Part shown: in pieces, positions 30,201-41,114 of the stretch | How positions within the stretch are numbered: position 1 is the stretch's first letter | How the letters are laid out: each line of letters begins with the position of its first letter | DNA from: Alphaproteobacteria bacterium | Lineage (GTDB): Bacteria; Pseudomonadota; Alphaproteobacteria; CAAHEQ01; UBA3637 | NCBI GenBank assembly: GCA_017466695.1 | Contig: JAFTTR010000016.1 | Span: 4,015 to 68,014 of the forward strand | Length of the DNA stretch: 64,000 bases | Reading direction: 5' to 3' | Position numbers and translations under genes: made by a program | Notes under the pieces: generated by a model | What the model saw: the letters and a program-made list of their open reading frames with translations, nothing else | Database searches by the model: none | What the model was told of the DNA's origin: nothing

Positions 30201-31571
30201 GTGGACAAGAAAAATATGGAAAAATTCTGGCAACGTCTTAGCATTTTAATAACAACAGAAAGCCTAGTCCTAGGTGTTTTTTGTTTTACTCCATTTTTGA
30301 TACTCGAATCTAAAAATATATCTTTTCAAAAAGATGCTTTTAAAATATCCCTTTATCAGTATACAGCTGTTTTATTTATTTGTCTTTTCGTATTATTTGT
30401 GTGTTTTTATGTTATTCCTCAATTTACAAAAAAACAAAAACTAAAAAAAGTGTGTCACTCACTTTCGCTCCAAACACTTTTACTAAATGAAAATACGACA
30501 TTAAGAAATGAAACACAGCTCTTAATTGAAAAACTTCAACACATTACCCAAACAGCACCTGAATTAATTTTAAATATTTTAAGATATTATTCCGTACAAT
30601 CTTCAAATTCTGTATGTCAAAATATTTTTTCTCCACTTCAACAAACTGGTATTATTCTTTCTTGCTTAGATAATAAGTCACGAAAAAAACTTTTTAAACG
30701 CATGTCTAAAAGAGAAATTAATTCATTCAAACAGCTATGTCACTCTTTGGGGTATATTTCAACTGAAGACAAATTTAAAATTCTTTCAATATTTTTAAAT
30801 ACGTTAACCGAACCAACAAAAAAAATAGAAACATCTGCCTTTGCTCAAAACATACAGCTTTCACAACCTGTTATTGAGATTTTAAAAAAAGAAAATCATT
30901 TTTCTAAAAAAGCTGATATTTGGGAAGAACTTAACTCAATTCCATCTGAAAAAATATCAAATTATTTAAAAAACGAATCTTCTCAATCAATTGCTATTAT
31001 TCTTTATAATCTTTCAGATAAAAAAGCTGGAGAAGTTTTAAACTTACTACCAAAAGAAATCTCAAGCACAGCCTTGTTAAGACTAACAGCTTTAAAATCA
31101 CTTTCAAAAAAAAGAATCCAAAATATTGAAACATCCTTAGAGTCATATTTTTTTAATATAACACCTCACGTTTTTTATCATGGCTGGGAAAAAGCTTCAG
31201 CTATTTTAAGCCTGATGACCAACCAGCAAAAAGACAAATTACTCTTAGCACTTACAAAAACAGCTCCACAAGTTGCAAAACAACTTTCACAACAAATTAT
31301 TTGCTTTGATGATTTAGCTTCTTGGAATAACACTGACATTTGTGCTCTTATCAAAAAAACACCTGAAAACATTTTGACACTAGCCTTATTAGGAGCAAAC
31401 AATAAAACAAGGGAAATCTTTTTAAAAAACATCTCACCCAAAAGATGGGGCGTTTTTCTAAAACAATTGAATAGACCTCATCCAGAAAGAATAAAAGAGA
31501 TTGACGAAGCGCAGTATTTTATTATAAAAAAAGCTCACGTTTTGATAAATAAAAAAACAAAAAAAGGATAA
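30201..31571 (+). CDS. membrane-anchored FliG-like protein (FliG middle + C-terminal domains after two TM helices)
   Basis: GTG start (alternative ATG at 30216). N-terminal TM helices; IAIILYNLSDKKAGEVLNLLPKEISSTALLRLTAL aligns to the FliG-M motif; C-terminus DDLASWNNTDICALIKKTPENILTLALLGANNKTREIFLKNISPKRWGVFLKQLNRPHPERIKEIDEAQYFIIKKA aligns to FliG-C. Confidence 0.55.
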   Translation: MDKKNMEKFWQRLSILITTESLVLGVFCFTPFLILESKNISFQKDAFKISLYQYTAVLFICLFVLFVCFYVIPQFTKKQKLKKVCHSLSLQTLLLNENTTLRNETQLLIEKLQHITQTAPELILNILRYYSVQSSNSVCQNIFSPLQQTGIILSCLDNKSRKKLFKRMSKREINSFKQLCHSLGYISTEDKFKILSIFLNTLTEPTKKIETSAFAQNIQLSQPVIEILKKENHFSKKADIWEELNSIPSEKISNYLKNESSQSIAIILYNLSDKKAGEVLNLLPKEISSTALLRLTALKSLSKKRIQNIETSLESYFFNITPHVFYHGWEKASAILSLMTNQQKDKLLLALTKTAPQVAKQLSQQIICFDDLASWNNTDICALIKKTPENILTLALLGANNKTREIFLKNISPKRWGVFLKQLNRPHPERIKEIDEAQYFIIKKAHVLINKKTKKG

Positions 31572-31574
31572 AAA

Positions 31575-32549
31575 ATGAAATTAAAAACTTTTTTTGCTCC
31601 CAGCATTCCTCAAGCAATGGAAGAAATACGAGAACTTTATGGTGAGCAAGCTGTTATTATTTCATCAACAAGAATTTTAAACAAGGGTGTAAAACTCATT
31701 GTTGCAACTGAAGAAAAAACTTCCGAAGCAGATCTTTTCTCATCTTTAAATGATTCACACAAAAAACAAAGAAAGATTTTTTTTCAAAAAGCACTCAAAC
31801 AACAAACTATTCCAGATGAATTCATTGAACGACTAACCCTTGCCTCCTTGAAAAAAAACATTAAAACACCTGATGAAAAATTATTAACTCATGCGTTTGA
31901 TGAACTTTTTCATTTTAAACCTCTTTATCCTATTGAAACAAATTCAATTTACGTTTTTGTTGGAAATGCAGGTTCAGGCAAAACTCTCACACTCAAAAAA
32001 ATGGCTTTGCAGGCAAAAAAAGAGCATCTCAAACCAAGTATTGTTACGTTAGACACTCAAAAAAGTGGCGCTGTTTCAGATATAAAAAACTTCGCTAAAA
32101 TGTTACAAATTCCCTGCACTGTTACAAAAGACATCAAAACCTTAAACGAAACAGTTACAATGATGCGATTGTCATCTAATTATATTTTAGTCGATACCCC
32201 AAGCATCAATCCATATAAAATAGATGAACTTGAAAAACTAAAAAGTATTAAACACCAAATCAGTGATGCGCAATTTATTTTAACAATGCCAGCAGGGCTT
32301 GATTTTCAAGAAGCAACAGCTCAAGGAGCTTTGTTTTCAAAAAATGGATGTCACCTACTTATTGCAACAAAGCTTGATTGTGCACACAACTATTTTAACA
32401 TTCTACAAACTCTTTTATATAACCAATTATATATGGCTGCATTTTGTTTTTCAAATAAAATTATTGACACGCCAATTGAGGCATCAGCCCAAAATTTAAC
32501 TAAACTTTTCACAACATCTAACACCTTTGCATATGAGGTAACCAAATGA
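31575..32549 (+). CDS. flhF: flagellar-type SRP-like GTPase FlhF
   Basis: N-terminus MKLKTFFAPSIPQAMEEIRELYGEQAVIISS matches the FlhF B/N-domain start; G-domain P-loop VGNAGSGKT, DTPS (G3), TKLD (G4). Confidence 0.8.
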   Translation: MKLKTFFAPSIPQAMEEIRELYGEQAVIISSTRILNKGVKLIVATEEKTSEADLFSSLNDSHKKQRKIFFQKALKQQTIPDEFIERLTLASLKKNIKTPDEKLLTHAFDELFHFKPLYPIETNSIYVFVGNAGSGKTLTLKKMALQAKKEHLKPSIVTLDTQKSGAVSDIKNFAKMLQIPCTVTKDIKTLNETVTMMRLSSNYILVDTPSINPYKIDELEKLKSIKHQISDAQFILTMPAGLDFQEATAQGALFSKNGCHLLIATKLDCAHNYFNILQTLLYNQLYMAAFCFSNKIIDTPIEASAQNLTKLFTTSNTFAYEVTK

Positions 32550-33334
32550 CAGTACAACCACAGCAACCCAAAATTCAAAATAATATTTTATCTCGTATAG
32601 GGGGACGAAACATTTTCGCCATTGCATCTGGTAAAGGAGGCGTTGGGAAAACATGGGTTGCTGTTTCACTGGCACATGCTTTTGCCTTAAAAGGGGAAAA
32701 AGTTCTTTTAATTGATGGAGATTTAGGTCTTTCTAATATCGATATTCAACTTGGCCTAACAGCTATACGTGACATTGGTGTTGTTCTTGCACACAATGCC
32801 CCTTTAAATAGCGCCATTATTCATGATGATACAATTCAATGTGACGTCATTGCCGGACATTCCGGCAGTCAAACACTGGCCGGCATGGAAGAAAACAGAC
32901 TCCAACTTTTATGTGATGATATCAAAATTTTAGCCAATCACTATGATAAAGTCATCATTGACCTTGGAACCGGTATACAAAAATCTGTCACAACGTTAGC
33001 TCAAATTGCCCATGAAATTTTAGTTGTTACAACAGATTCCCCAACATCTCTTGCAGATGCTTATGCATTTATTAAAATTATAACAACTGCTAAAAGTTCT
33101 TCCAATCCCAAGATCTTAATTAATATGGCTAATACAAAAAAAGAAGGTGAACACACATACCATACTTTATTAAAGGCATGCCAAACATTTTTAAATATAA
33201 CCCCTTCATTAGCAGGAATCGTTCATCTAGACTCCATGGCACGTGAAGCTGTTAAAACACAAACCCCTATTTTAAGTATCAATCCTCTTCCTCAAGCAGG
33301 AAAAGATATCCTTGAAATAGCTGGACTCTATTAG
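32546..33334 (+). CDS. flhG: MinD/ParA-family ATPase FlhG (FleN/YlxH)
   Basis: Deviant Walker A IASGKGGVGKT; overlaps flhF stop by 4 nt. Confidence 0.8.
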   Translation: MTVQPQQPKIQNNILSRIGGRNIFAIASGKGGVGKTWVAVSLAHAFALKGEKVLLIDGDLGLSNIDIQLGLTAIRDIGVVLAHNAPLNSAIIHDDTIQCDVIAGHSGSQTLAGMEENRLQLLCDDIKILANHYDKVIIDLGTGIQKSVTTLAQIAHEILVVTTDSPTSLADAYAFIKIITTAKSSSNPKILINMANTKKEGEHTYHTLLKACQTFLNITPSLAGIVHLDSMAREAVKTQTPILSINPLPQAGKDILEIAGLY

Positions 33335-33450
33335 ATTTTTGAAACGTTTTTTTATCAAACAAATAATACATACAATAAAATATAGAAACCCTTGACTTTA
33401 GCATAAAAATGGATTATTTAAAATTCATTCAGCTCAATGAAAGGAAGAGT

Positions 33451-36078
33451 ATGTTTTTAAAAAGTATTTTCGGATCTGCAAATGACAGATATTTAAAAAA
33501 ATTCAAAAAAACAATCAATAAAATCAACGAATTAGAATCACAATACGAACTGTTAAGCGATTCTCAATTAAGAGATAAAACTCAAGAATATAAAACACGT
33601 ATTCAAAATGGGGAAAGTTTAGAAAGCATTTTACCTGAAGCTTTTGCAAGTGTGAGAGAAGCTTCAAAACGTGTTTTAGGTTTACGTCCTTTTGATGTTC
33701 AATTATTAGGAGGTATTATTTTAAATAATGGTCAAATTGCAGAAATGAGAACCGGTGAAGGAAAAACACTTGTCGCAACAATGCCGGTCTATTTAAATGC
33801 ATTAACAGGGAAAGGTGTTCATGTTGTCACGGTAAATGATTATCTTGCAAAACGTGACAGCGAATGGATGGGTCAAATTTATCGTTTCTTAGGTTTAACT
33901 GTCGGCTGTATTGTTCATGACATGTCAACAACAGATAGACGCGCTGCTTATAATGCTGATATTACCTATGCAACAAATAATGAATTAGGATTTGATTATC
34001 TCAGAGACAATATGCGTTTTGAAATAAAGGAAATGGTTCAACGGCCATTTTATTATGCAATTGTTGACGAAGTTGACTCTATTTTAATTGATGAGGCAAG
34101 AACACCTTTGATTATATCTGGTCCTGCTGAAAACTCTTCTGAACGTTATATAGCTATTGATAAACTCGTTCGTACAGTCAAGCCAGAGCATTATGAAAAA
34201 GATGAAAAACATAAAAATGTTTCATTAACAGAACAAGGGTCCGAATATATTGAACAACTTTTAGCTGATGAAAATCTGATCCAAGGATCTTTATATGACA
34301 CACATAATATTGCCTTTGTTCACCACATTGATCAAGCATTAAAAGCAAATACACTCTTCACAAGAGATAAGGATTATATCGTCAAAGATGGCCAAGTTAT
34401 CATTATTGATGAATTCACGGGACGAATGATGCATGGTCGACGTTATTCTGATGGTCTACACCAAGCAATCGAAGCAAAAGAAGGGGTTGAAATTCAACCA
34501 GAAAACCAAACTCTTGCCTCTATCACGTTCCAAAACTATTTCAGAATGTATCCAAAATTAGCAGGTATGACCGGTACAGCTATGACAGAAGCTGGCGAGT
34601 TTGATGATATTTATCATTTGGCCGTTGTTGAGATTCCAACAAATAAAGTTCCTCAACGCAAGGATGAAAATGACGTTATTTATCGCACTGCTGATGAAAA
34701 ATACGAAGCCATTATTGAAGATGTCAAACAAGCTCACGCGAAAGGACAACCTGTTTTAATTGGTACAGGCTCAATTGAAAAATCTGAAATTTTAGCAGAC
34801 TTAATGAGGAAAAAGACATCCATTCCTTTCAATGTACTCAACGCACGCCATCATGAACAAGAAGCTAAAATCATTGCACAAGCAGGTGCTCCTGGAGCTG
34901 TTACAATTGCAACGAACATGGCTGGTCGTGGGACAGACATTCAATTGGGCGGCAATGTTGAAATGCTCTTAAAAGAAGCCCTTGAGAAAAATCCAACAGC
35001 CGATAAAGAAACGCTTTTAAATCAAATCAAAGCAGATGTACAAAAGAAAAAAGAACAGGTTTTAAATGCTGGTGGACTTTTTGTTTTAGGTTCTGAGCGA
35101 CATGAAAGTCGTCGTATTGACAACCAGTTAAGAGGTCGTTCAGGTCGTCAAGGCGACCCTGGATTATCTCGCTTCTATGTATCATTAGAAGACGATTTAA
35201 TGCGTATATTTGGTGCAAATCGCATTCAAAACCTTTTGCCTAAATTAGGATTAAAGAGAGGTGAGCCAATCACACATAACTTCATTACAAAAGCACTTGC
35301 TGTTGCTCAAAAGAAGGTAGAAACATACCACTTTGACGTTCGTAAAAACCTGCTTAAATTTGATGATGTTATGAACGATCAAAGAAAAGCTATTTATGAA
35401 CAACGCAAAGAACTTATGCTTTCTTCTTCTGTTTCCGACACATTAGCAGAAATGCGTCTAGATACCATTCAAAATGTAATCTATGATTTGGCACCTGAAC
35501 GCTCTAACCCTGAAGATTGGAATGCCAATCTTTTGTCAAAAGAAGTTGCTAGAGTTTTTGCAATTGATGTTCCATTTTCATCATGGGTGAAGGAACCAGG
35601 TATCACCCCAGGGGCAATGGTTGAAAGAGTAGACACCCTCCTTCATAAAGATATTGAAACAAAAATGAGCATGCTTCCAGAAGATATTAAAAACAACTTA
35701 GAAAAAAGTATTCTCATTCAAGTTATTGACCAAATGTGGAAAGAACATTTGCAAACGCTTGACTTTATGAAAACAGCTATTAATCTTCGTGCCTATGGAC
35801 AAAGAAATCCTTTAAATGAATATAAAAGAGAAGCCTTTATTTTATTTGAAACTCTTTTAAATAAAGTCAGAGAAAAAGTAACAGAATTAATCTGTCATAT
35901 GCAATTACAAATACAGGCTCAATCCTCTGATGACATAAAAGAAAGTCATCCGCATCCGGTTAATCCAACAACAGAGGACCCATTTTCAACTCCTGAAGGG
36001 CAAATTTCAAGAAATGCACCTTGTCCTTGTGGATCTCAAAAAAAATATAAACACTGTTGTGGTGCCATTAAAAATTAA
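33451..36078 (+). CDS. secA: preprotein translocase ATPase SecA
   Basis: Start at [18 protein letters not shown] (canonical SecA N-terminus, AAAGGAAGAG SD). DEAD motor motifs; C-terminal zinc finger [14 protein letters not shown]. Confidence 0.97.
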   Translation: MFLKSIFGSANDRYLKKFKKTINKINELESQYELLSDSQLRDKTQEYKTRIQNGESLESILPEAFASVREASKRVLGLRPFDVQLLGGIILNNGQIAEMRTGEGKTLVATMPVYLNALTGKGVHVVTVNDYLAKRDSEWMGQIYRFLGLTVGCIVHDMSTTDRRAAYNADITYATNNELGFDYLRDNMRFEIKEMVQRPFYYAIVDEVDSILIDEARTPLIISGPAENSSERYIAIDKLVRTVKPEHYEKDEKHKNVSLTEQGSEYIEQLLADENLIQGSLYDTHNIAFVHHIDQALKANTLFTRDKDYIVKDGQVIIIDEFTGRMMHGRRYSDGLHQAIEAKEGVEIQPENQTLASITFQNYFRMYPKLAGMTGTAMTEAGEFDDIYHLAVVEIPTNKVPQRKDENDVIYRTADEKYEAIIEDVKQAHAKGQPVLIGTGSIEKSEILADLMRKKTSIPFNVLNARHHEQEAKIIAQAGAPGAVTIATNMAGRGTDIQLGGNVEMLLKEALEKNPTADKETLLNQIKADVQKKKEQVLNAGGLFVLGSERHESRRIDNQLRGRSGRQGDPGLSRFYVSLEDDLMRIFGANRIQNLLPKLGLKRGEPITHNFITKALAVAQKKVETYHFDVRKNLLKFDDVMNDQRKAIYEQRKELMLSSSVSDTLAEMRLDTIQNVIYDLAPERSNPEDWNANLLSKEVARVFAIDVPFSSWVKEPGITPGAMVERVDTLLHKDIETKMSMLPEDIKNNLEKSILIQVIDQMWKEHLQTLDFMKTAINLRAYGQRNPLNEYKREAFILFETLLNKVREKVTELICHMQLQIQAQSSDDIKESHPHPVNPTTEDPFSTPEGQISRNAPCPCGSQKKYKHCCGAIKN

Positions 36079-36088
36079 GGAGACAAAC

Positions 36089-36499
36089 ATGAAAAAACAA
36101 GAACAAACTGGTCGTTCAATGATTGAAATTCTTGCCGTTCTAGCCATTATTGGTGTTTTGTCAATCGGTGGCCTTGCAGGATATAGCTTATCTGCCCAGC
36201 GTATCCAAATAAATAACATTATGGACATTGCAACAAAATTCTCAGCAAAAGGCGTTGGTGGAAGAACTTTTAACTCTTTGGCAGCGGCTGGACTTGAAAA
36301 ACCGAATGGGATTGACATGGTTTTAGATGAAGCAGGAAACGTTTGTTTGAAAGATTTTCCTAGAACTACACCAAAAGACCAACGTATGTTCGCAGCTTTT
36401 AAGGCACAAGCGAGTAGTTATGTTGTTCCAACTGATTCTTTCGCACTCCCTGGACATACTTGCAGTCTTGTTTTATCATTTTCAAGAAGAATTGATTAA
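36089..36499 (+). CDS. type IV pilin / pseudopilin-like protein (orphan)
   Basis: MKKQEQTG|RSMIEILAVLAIIGVLSIGG: short basic leader ending in Gly, Glu at +5, hydrophobic alpha1-N helix; two Cys near C-terminus; AAGGAG SD; starts 10 nt after secA stop. Confidence 0.7.
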   Translation: MKKQEQTGRSMIEILAVLAIIGVLSIGGLAGYSLSAQRIQINNIMDIATKFSAKGVGGRTFNSLAAAGLEKPNGIDMVLDEAGNVCLKDFPRTTPKDQRMFAAFKAQASSYVVPTDSFALPGHTCSLVLSFSRRID

Positions 36500-36623
36500 C
36501 TTTTCTTTTAAGGGATAAAAAATACAAATTATATCTCATTAGTAATATTGTATTTTTTTATTGAAGTTTCTAAAAAGAAGGTATACAATTTTACTATCGA
36601 GGGATAAAAAAAATAGGAGAACC

Positions 36624-37226
36624 ATGAAAAAATACAAATATATAACCGTTTGGGCTGGTGCTGCACCAACAATTTCAGCTTGCCATCATAAACCTATGCA
36701 TGAAATTGGACAAATCCTTGCTCAAAATAAGATTACGATGGTTTATGGAATTGGTGATGAAGGGATGATGGGCGCAGCATTCCAAGGTGTCAGAAGTAAA
36801 AAAGGAAAAGTAAAAGGCATTACCACCCCAAAACTTTTAGAATTACAATGCAAAGATCCAGACTTATTCCAAAAGGGGGAAATTGAGGTTGTCGATTCTT
36901 TAAATGAACGCAAGCGTAAAATGATGGAACTTGGCGAAGTTATTTTAGCTGGCCCTGGGGGATGGGGAACATTAGATGAAATTTCTAATTTTGCCGTACT
37001 CATCCAAACAGGAGAAATCAAAAAGAAACCTCTCATCTTTTTAAATTTTAATAATTTTTGGGCTCCTTTTGGTGAATTAATTTTTAACATGCTTCAAGAA
37101 GGAACACTTAATCAAGATAAGGTAGATTTTATTGATTTTGCAAATTCACCTGAAGAACTATTTGACGTTATCGAGAAAGTCCAAATAAGATTAGATGCTG
37201 CAAAAAAAGCAAAACAGAAAAAATAG
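36624..37226 (+). CDS. LOG-family protein (cytokinin riboside 5'-monophosphate phosphoribohydrolase-like / TIGR00730)
   Basis: Start at MKKYKY (GGAGAA SD). Motifs GIGDEGMMGAA and AGPGGWGTLDEI match the LOG GGGxGxMG / PGGxGTxEE signatures. Confidence 0.8.
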   Translation: MKKYKYITVWAGAAPTISACHHKPMHEIGQILAQNKITMVYGIGDEGMMGAAFQGVRSKKGKVKGITTPKLLELQCKDPDLFQKGEIEVVDSLNERKRKMMELGEVILAGPGGWGTLDEISNFAVLIQTGEIKKKPLIFLNFNNFWAPFGELIFNMLQEGTLNQDKVDFIDFANSPEELFDVIEKVQIRLDAAKKAKQKK

Positions 37227-37235
37227 GGGTAAAAA

Positions 37236-38138
37236 ATGAAATTCAGATATCTTGTCACTTTGTTATTTTCAGTTATTTGTTTTTCAACAATCTCAATTGC
37301 ATCCTCTGAAGGTTTAAATGCATATAATGCTGGAATGAACGCCTACAAAAGACAAGAATATCAAAATGCCGTTTATGCATTTGAGCATGCTGTTAATATC
37401 GATCAAAACCTTTACAATGCTTGGTGCATGCTTGGATTATCTTATATTTTAAATGATGAACCTCAAAAAGGAGAAAAAACTTATTTAAAGGCAATTGATG
37501 CCTTCCCTAATGAGTGGAAGGCTTATTCTTTACTGGCTGAATTCTATGAAAGTCAAGATGAACATGAAAAAGCATTAATATACTATCGTAAAAGCATGGA
37601 ATTAATGCCTGAAAAAGAATCAAAAAATTATCAAAATAAAATTTCAAATATTCAAAAAGAACAAGCTGAAAGTTGGGTTGTATCCGAAGCAGAAAAAGAA
37701 AAAATACTCTCAAACATTATCGTTCCACTTGATAAAAATATCTGGAGAACGGCTCTTGTTGAAAAAAAAGAAACAGCAGTTCATGTCGTTTATGCTTTAA
37801 AAACTGAAAATTTTCGTTCAGGAAAATGGAGCAGAATTCTTGATATGACCTGTACATATACATCCAAACAAGATACAGCTAACTTTAACAAAATCAATGA
37901 ATGGATGGCTTCAACATATAGAAAAAGCAATGCAGACATGGATACAATTGAAAAAACATCCACCTCGCGCCTTTATGAAAGTATTATACATGATAAAAAA
38001 TTAAATATTTTGGGATACATCACACCAGCAAAAAATGGTTTTTGTATTTACCAATTTATGTATAAGAAAAAAATATCCGCCAAAGAAAAAAGTAAGTGGA
38101 TGCAACATCTCAAAAAAATAACTGTTAGAAAATTTTAA
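37236..38138 (+). CDS. secreted TPR-repeat protein
   Basis: Signal peptide; three or four TPR-like repeats (res 25-140); unknown C-terminal domain. Confidence 0.65.
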   Translation: MKFRYLVTLLFSVICFSTISIASSEGLNAYNAGMNAYKRQEYQNAVYAFEHAVNIDQNLYNAWCMLGLSYILNDEPQKGEKTYLKAIDAFPNEWKAYSLLAEFYESQDEHEKALIYYRKSMELMPEKESKNYQNKISNIQKEQAESWVVSEAEKEKILSNIIVPLDKNIWRTALVEKKETAVHVVYALKTENFRSGKWSRILDMTCTYTSKQDTANFNKINEWMASTYRKSNADMDTIEKTSTSRLYESIIHDKKLNILGYITPAKNGFCIYQFMYKKKISAKEKSKWMQHLKKITVRKF

Positions 38139-38151
38139 ATAGGTCATTACG

Positions 38152-39420
38152 ATGGGTTTTTTAGGTATCATTGCTATTTTAGGATTATGTTTTTTAATTT
38201 CAAATAATCGAAAAAATATTAATTATAGAACGGTTTGTGTTGGTCTTACATTACAATTCTTAATCGCATTTTTTATTTTAAAAACGAGCATCGGACAAGC
38301 CACATTTAAAGCCCTTGGAAATGGGATTCAAAAAATTTTGAATTTTGCTGTTGAAGGGGGAAATTTTGTTTTCGGCTTTTTAACAGATAGACCGCAAACA
38401 TTAGTTGAGGTCCTTGGCGAAGGGGCAAATTTTGTTTTTGCACTTACCCTAATTCCTGTTCTTATATTCGTTATGGTACTGGTCAATATTCTCTATTATT
38501 GGGGAATTATGCAAAAAATTATTCTTGTCTTTGGAAAAGGCATGTACAAATTGATGAACATTACTGGGGCAGAAGCAATTTCAAATATAGCAAGTGCATT
38601 TATTGGGCAAGTTGAAGCACAAATGCTTATTCAACCTCATTTAAAAAAGATGAGTCTATCTCAACTTTTAGCCTCTATGACAGGCTCATTGGCTTGTATC
38701 TCTGGAAGTATTATGGCAGTTTATATTGGAATGGGTGTTCCAGCTGAATATCTGCTTGCTGCCAGTTTTATGGCAGCTCCAGGCGCTCTTGTTGTTTCAA
38801 AAATTATTTATCCTGAAGAAAAAAAGATTTCTCAAGAACAAGAGGTTACTTTAAGTAAAGATGTTTCATCTATTAATTTAATTGATGCCATTGCACAAGG
38901 CGCTTCAACAGGGTTAAAAGTTGGAGCAAATATTATAGCAATGATTATTGGATTAATTGCTCTTATTGCTCTATTTAATTACTGTTTAGGTTTGTTTGGC
39001 TCTTTCCTTGTTCATGTGTTGAATGTTCCTGCTCAAATTGGGGTTTTAGATATTCAAAATCTTTCATTAAGTGGATTACTTGGACTTTGTTTTTCAGGTT
39101 TTGCTTTTATTTTAGGCGTTCCTGTTTCTGAAATTTTCACTGTTGGGTCTTTGATGGGAGAAAAGCTCGTTTTTAATGAATTTATTGCCTATCTTCACAT
39201 GACAAGTATGGATACCCAACTTTCTCCAAAGGCGCTTATTATTGCCTCATTTGCATTGTGTGGTTTTGCTAACTTCGGATCTATCGCCATGCAAATTGGA
39301 GGAATCGGAGAATTAGCTCCTGAACGCAGAAAAGACCTTGCAAAACTTGGTTACAAGGCCTTGGTTGCTGGAACGTTAACATCCTATATTTCTGCAGCTA
39401 TTGCTGGGTTGTTGCTTTAG
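38152..39420 (+). CDS. nupC: concentrative nucleoside transporter, NupC/CNT family
   Basis: 422 aa; blocks GEKLVFNEFIAY and FALCGFANFGSIAMQIGG align with E. coli NupC ATKLVSNEFVAM / VSFANFSSIGIIAG. Confidence 0.9.
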   Translation: MGFLGIIAILGLCFLISNNRKNINYRTVCVGLTLQFLIAFFILKTSIGQATFKALGNGIQKILNFAVEGGNFVFGFLTDRPQTLVEVLGEGANFVFALTLIPVLIFVMVLVNILYYWGIMQKIILVFGKGMYKLMNITGAEAISNIASAFIGQVEAQMLIQPHLKKMSLSQLLASMTGSLACISGSIMAVYIGMGVPAEYLLAASFMAAPGALVVSKIIYPEEKKISQEQEVTLSKDVSSINLIDAIAQGASTGLKVGANIIAMIIGLIALIALFNYCLGLFGSFLVHVLNVPAQIGVLDIQNLSLSGLLGLCFSGFAFILGVPVSEIFTVGSLMGEKLVFNEFIAYLHMTSMDTQLSPKALIIASFALCGFANFGSIAMQIGGIGELAPERRKDLAKLGYKALVAGTLTSYISAAIAGLLL

Positions 39421-40705
39421 TTTTTTGCCATCCTTCACTGGCTCGACTGATATAATCTGTATATTGACCTTTTCTTTGTGACGGAATGGCTTTTCGCCCT
39501 AAAACAACATCTTTAGTTCGTCCAGTAATAACGGGCTCTCCCCAAGGATATTTTTTTTCAAAAGAATAGGCCAAATCAGCCATTAATCTAGCCTCCATAT
39601 AAGTACCTCCATCAGGGAAAACAAATTTTAAATCTTTTTTAAATTTTCTTCTTATACAATCAAAAATTGTAACATGCTCTTTTAAAACAAAACCAGTTCC
39701 ATTTAAAATATTTGAAAATGACTGAAAGGCAATTGGATTTTTCCACCCCCCACCAAATAGAATAAAATTTGTTGGTAAATAGTCTATATTTTCAATATGA
39801 TTTAAAGAAAAAGCTGCCACATAACCAGAAAAATAAGACAATGTAAACAGTGTATCAACAAAACTTTTTTCATCATGAATAGAAATAATATCATCCAAAT
39901 GGTACAACGTTGGATCAGCTGATTTTGGAATAGGTAATTCTAAATAATTTTTTCCGTCACGAGTTCTCACTGATTGATAAAAAAGTCTTTCAAGCAATTG
40001 CATATCTAATTGCCCTTTCAACCCCCAAAAACCATCTTTATCGAACGGAATATTTTTATATTCTCGAACAACTTTATCACTAAACTCATTAAAAGGACCG
40101 GCATCAAACCCTAAAAGAACTTTTCCATTTAAAATAAGAGCTAAATTTGATGTATTTCCTGCATTATAAAAAAATGCGTCCTTTAAGCCCATTTGAGAAG
40201 CCATATGCTCATTATGAGGAGGAATTAAAGGGGCTCCTTCTCCATCAAAAAAAACATCATCAGAGCGAAAATCATAAACAACAGGAATACCTAACAAATC
40301 AGAAAGCATTTGACCTGACCCCATTTGTAATGTATAGGCCGGCAATTCACTCGTTGCAACACTGGGGGGATTATGATCTAATGTTTGACCATGGAAACCA
40401 ACCAAATCAATATCATTTGCCTTTAGTGATTCTTGAATAAGTAATTCTTGAATAGATGATTTTATCCACTTGATGTAATTGTCATGTGTTTTTAAAAAAA
40501 ACGAATCGTTTTTTAAATTTTCAGACAATATCTCGCGATTCTTTATTCTTTTTTTTAAGATTAAAATATTTTTTTGTAATGATACTGAAATTTTTTTGCT
40601 TAAAAAAGCAAGATCATTCATTCTTCCATTTTTAAATTCAGTTAAGACAATATCACATCCGTCCAATGAATTTCCAGTCATTACACCAATTATTTTCATT
40701 TTCAA
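39398..40705 (-). CDS. anmK: anhydro-N-acetylmuramic acid kinase
   Basis: N-terminus KIIGVMTGNSLDGCDIVL matches the AnmK signature IGVMSGTSLDGVDVVL; 435 aa (longer than typical). Confidence 0.8.
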   Translation of the reverse strand: MKMKIIGVMTGNSLDGCDIVLTEFKNGRMNDLAFLSKKISVSLQKNILILKKRIKNREILSENLKNDSFFLKTHDNYIKWIKSSIQELLIQESLKANDIDLVGFHGQTLDHNPPSVATSELPAYTLQMGSGQMLSDLLGIPVVYDFRSDDVFFDGEGAPLIPPHNEHMASQMGLKDAFFYNAGNTSNLALILNGKVLLGFDAGPFNEFSDKVVREYKNIPFDKDGFWGLKGQLDMQLLERLFYQSVRTRDGKNYLELPIPKSADPTLYHLDDIISIHDEKSFVDTLFTLSYFSGYVAAFSLNHIENIDYLPTNFILFGGGWKNPIAFQSFSNILNGTGFVLKEHVTIFDCIRRKFKKDLKFVFPDGGTYMEARLMADLAYSFEKKYPWGEPVITGRTKDVVLGRKAIPSQRKGQYTDYISRASEGWQKTKATTQQ

Positions 40706-40763
40706 TAACTCCCTTTTTTATTTTGCTATTATTTATTTCTTTTTGCAATAAAAAGTGTATATT

Positions 40764-40973
40764 TTATTCGTTATTTTCAATAGACCAATTATTTTGAGAC
40801 AATTCCCAAATGCTTGGAGAATAAGGCTTCCAAAAGGTATTTTCTTGATAAAGAGCATAAATAACTCCCTCACTTCCATTTAACAATTCTTTTAAAAATA
40901 TGTCTCCATTTAAACTAATTGTTTTTCCATTTTGTAAAGCGTCTAAAATATTTTCATCTGTAATTTTTCCCAT
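40764..40973 (-). CDS. hypothetical small protein
   Basis: 69 aa, Trp-rich C-terminus, no motif. Confidence 0.35.
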   Translation of the reverse strand: MGKITDENILDALQNGKTISLNGDIFLKELLNGSEGVIYALYQENTFWKPYSPSIWELSQNNWSIENNE

Positions 40974-41114
40974 TTGAATTTTCCTTTCATATTATATAAA
41001 AAAAATAAAATAATTCTTCAATTTTTACATAAAACTTTATGTAACACATTTTATGTGTGGTGTCAATTTAAAAAATCAAGTTTACAAATTCATTTTTTTT
41101 GATATAATAGGCTT

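Noticed and set aside
30201-31571. Interpreting the FliG-like protein as a plain MgtE-N domain (Mg transporter-associated) protein.
   Set aside because: Two consecutive domains align in order with FliG-M and FliG-C including the C-terminal charged-helix region, and the gene is immediately followed by flhF-flhG. Kept as FliG-like but flagged as uncertain.
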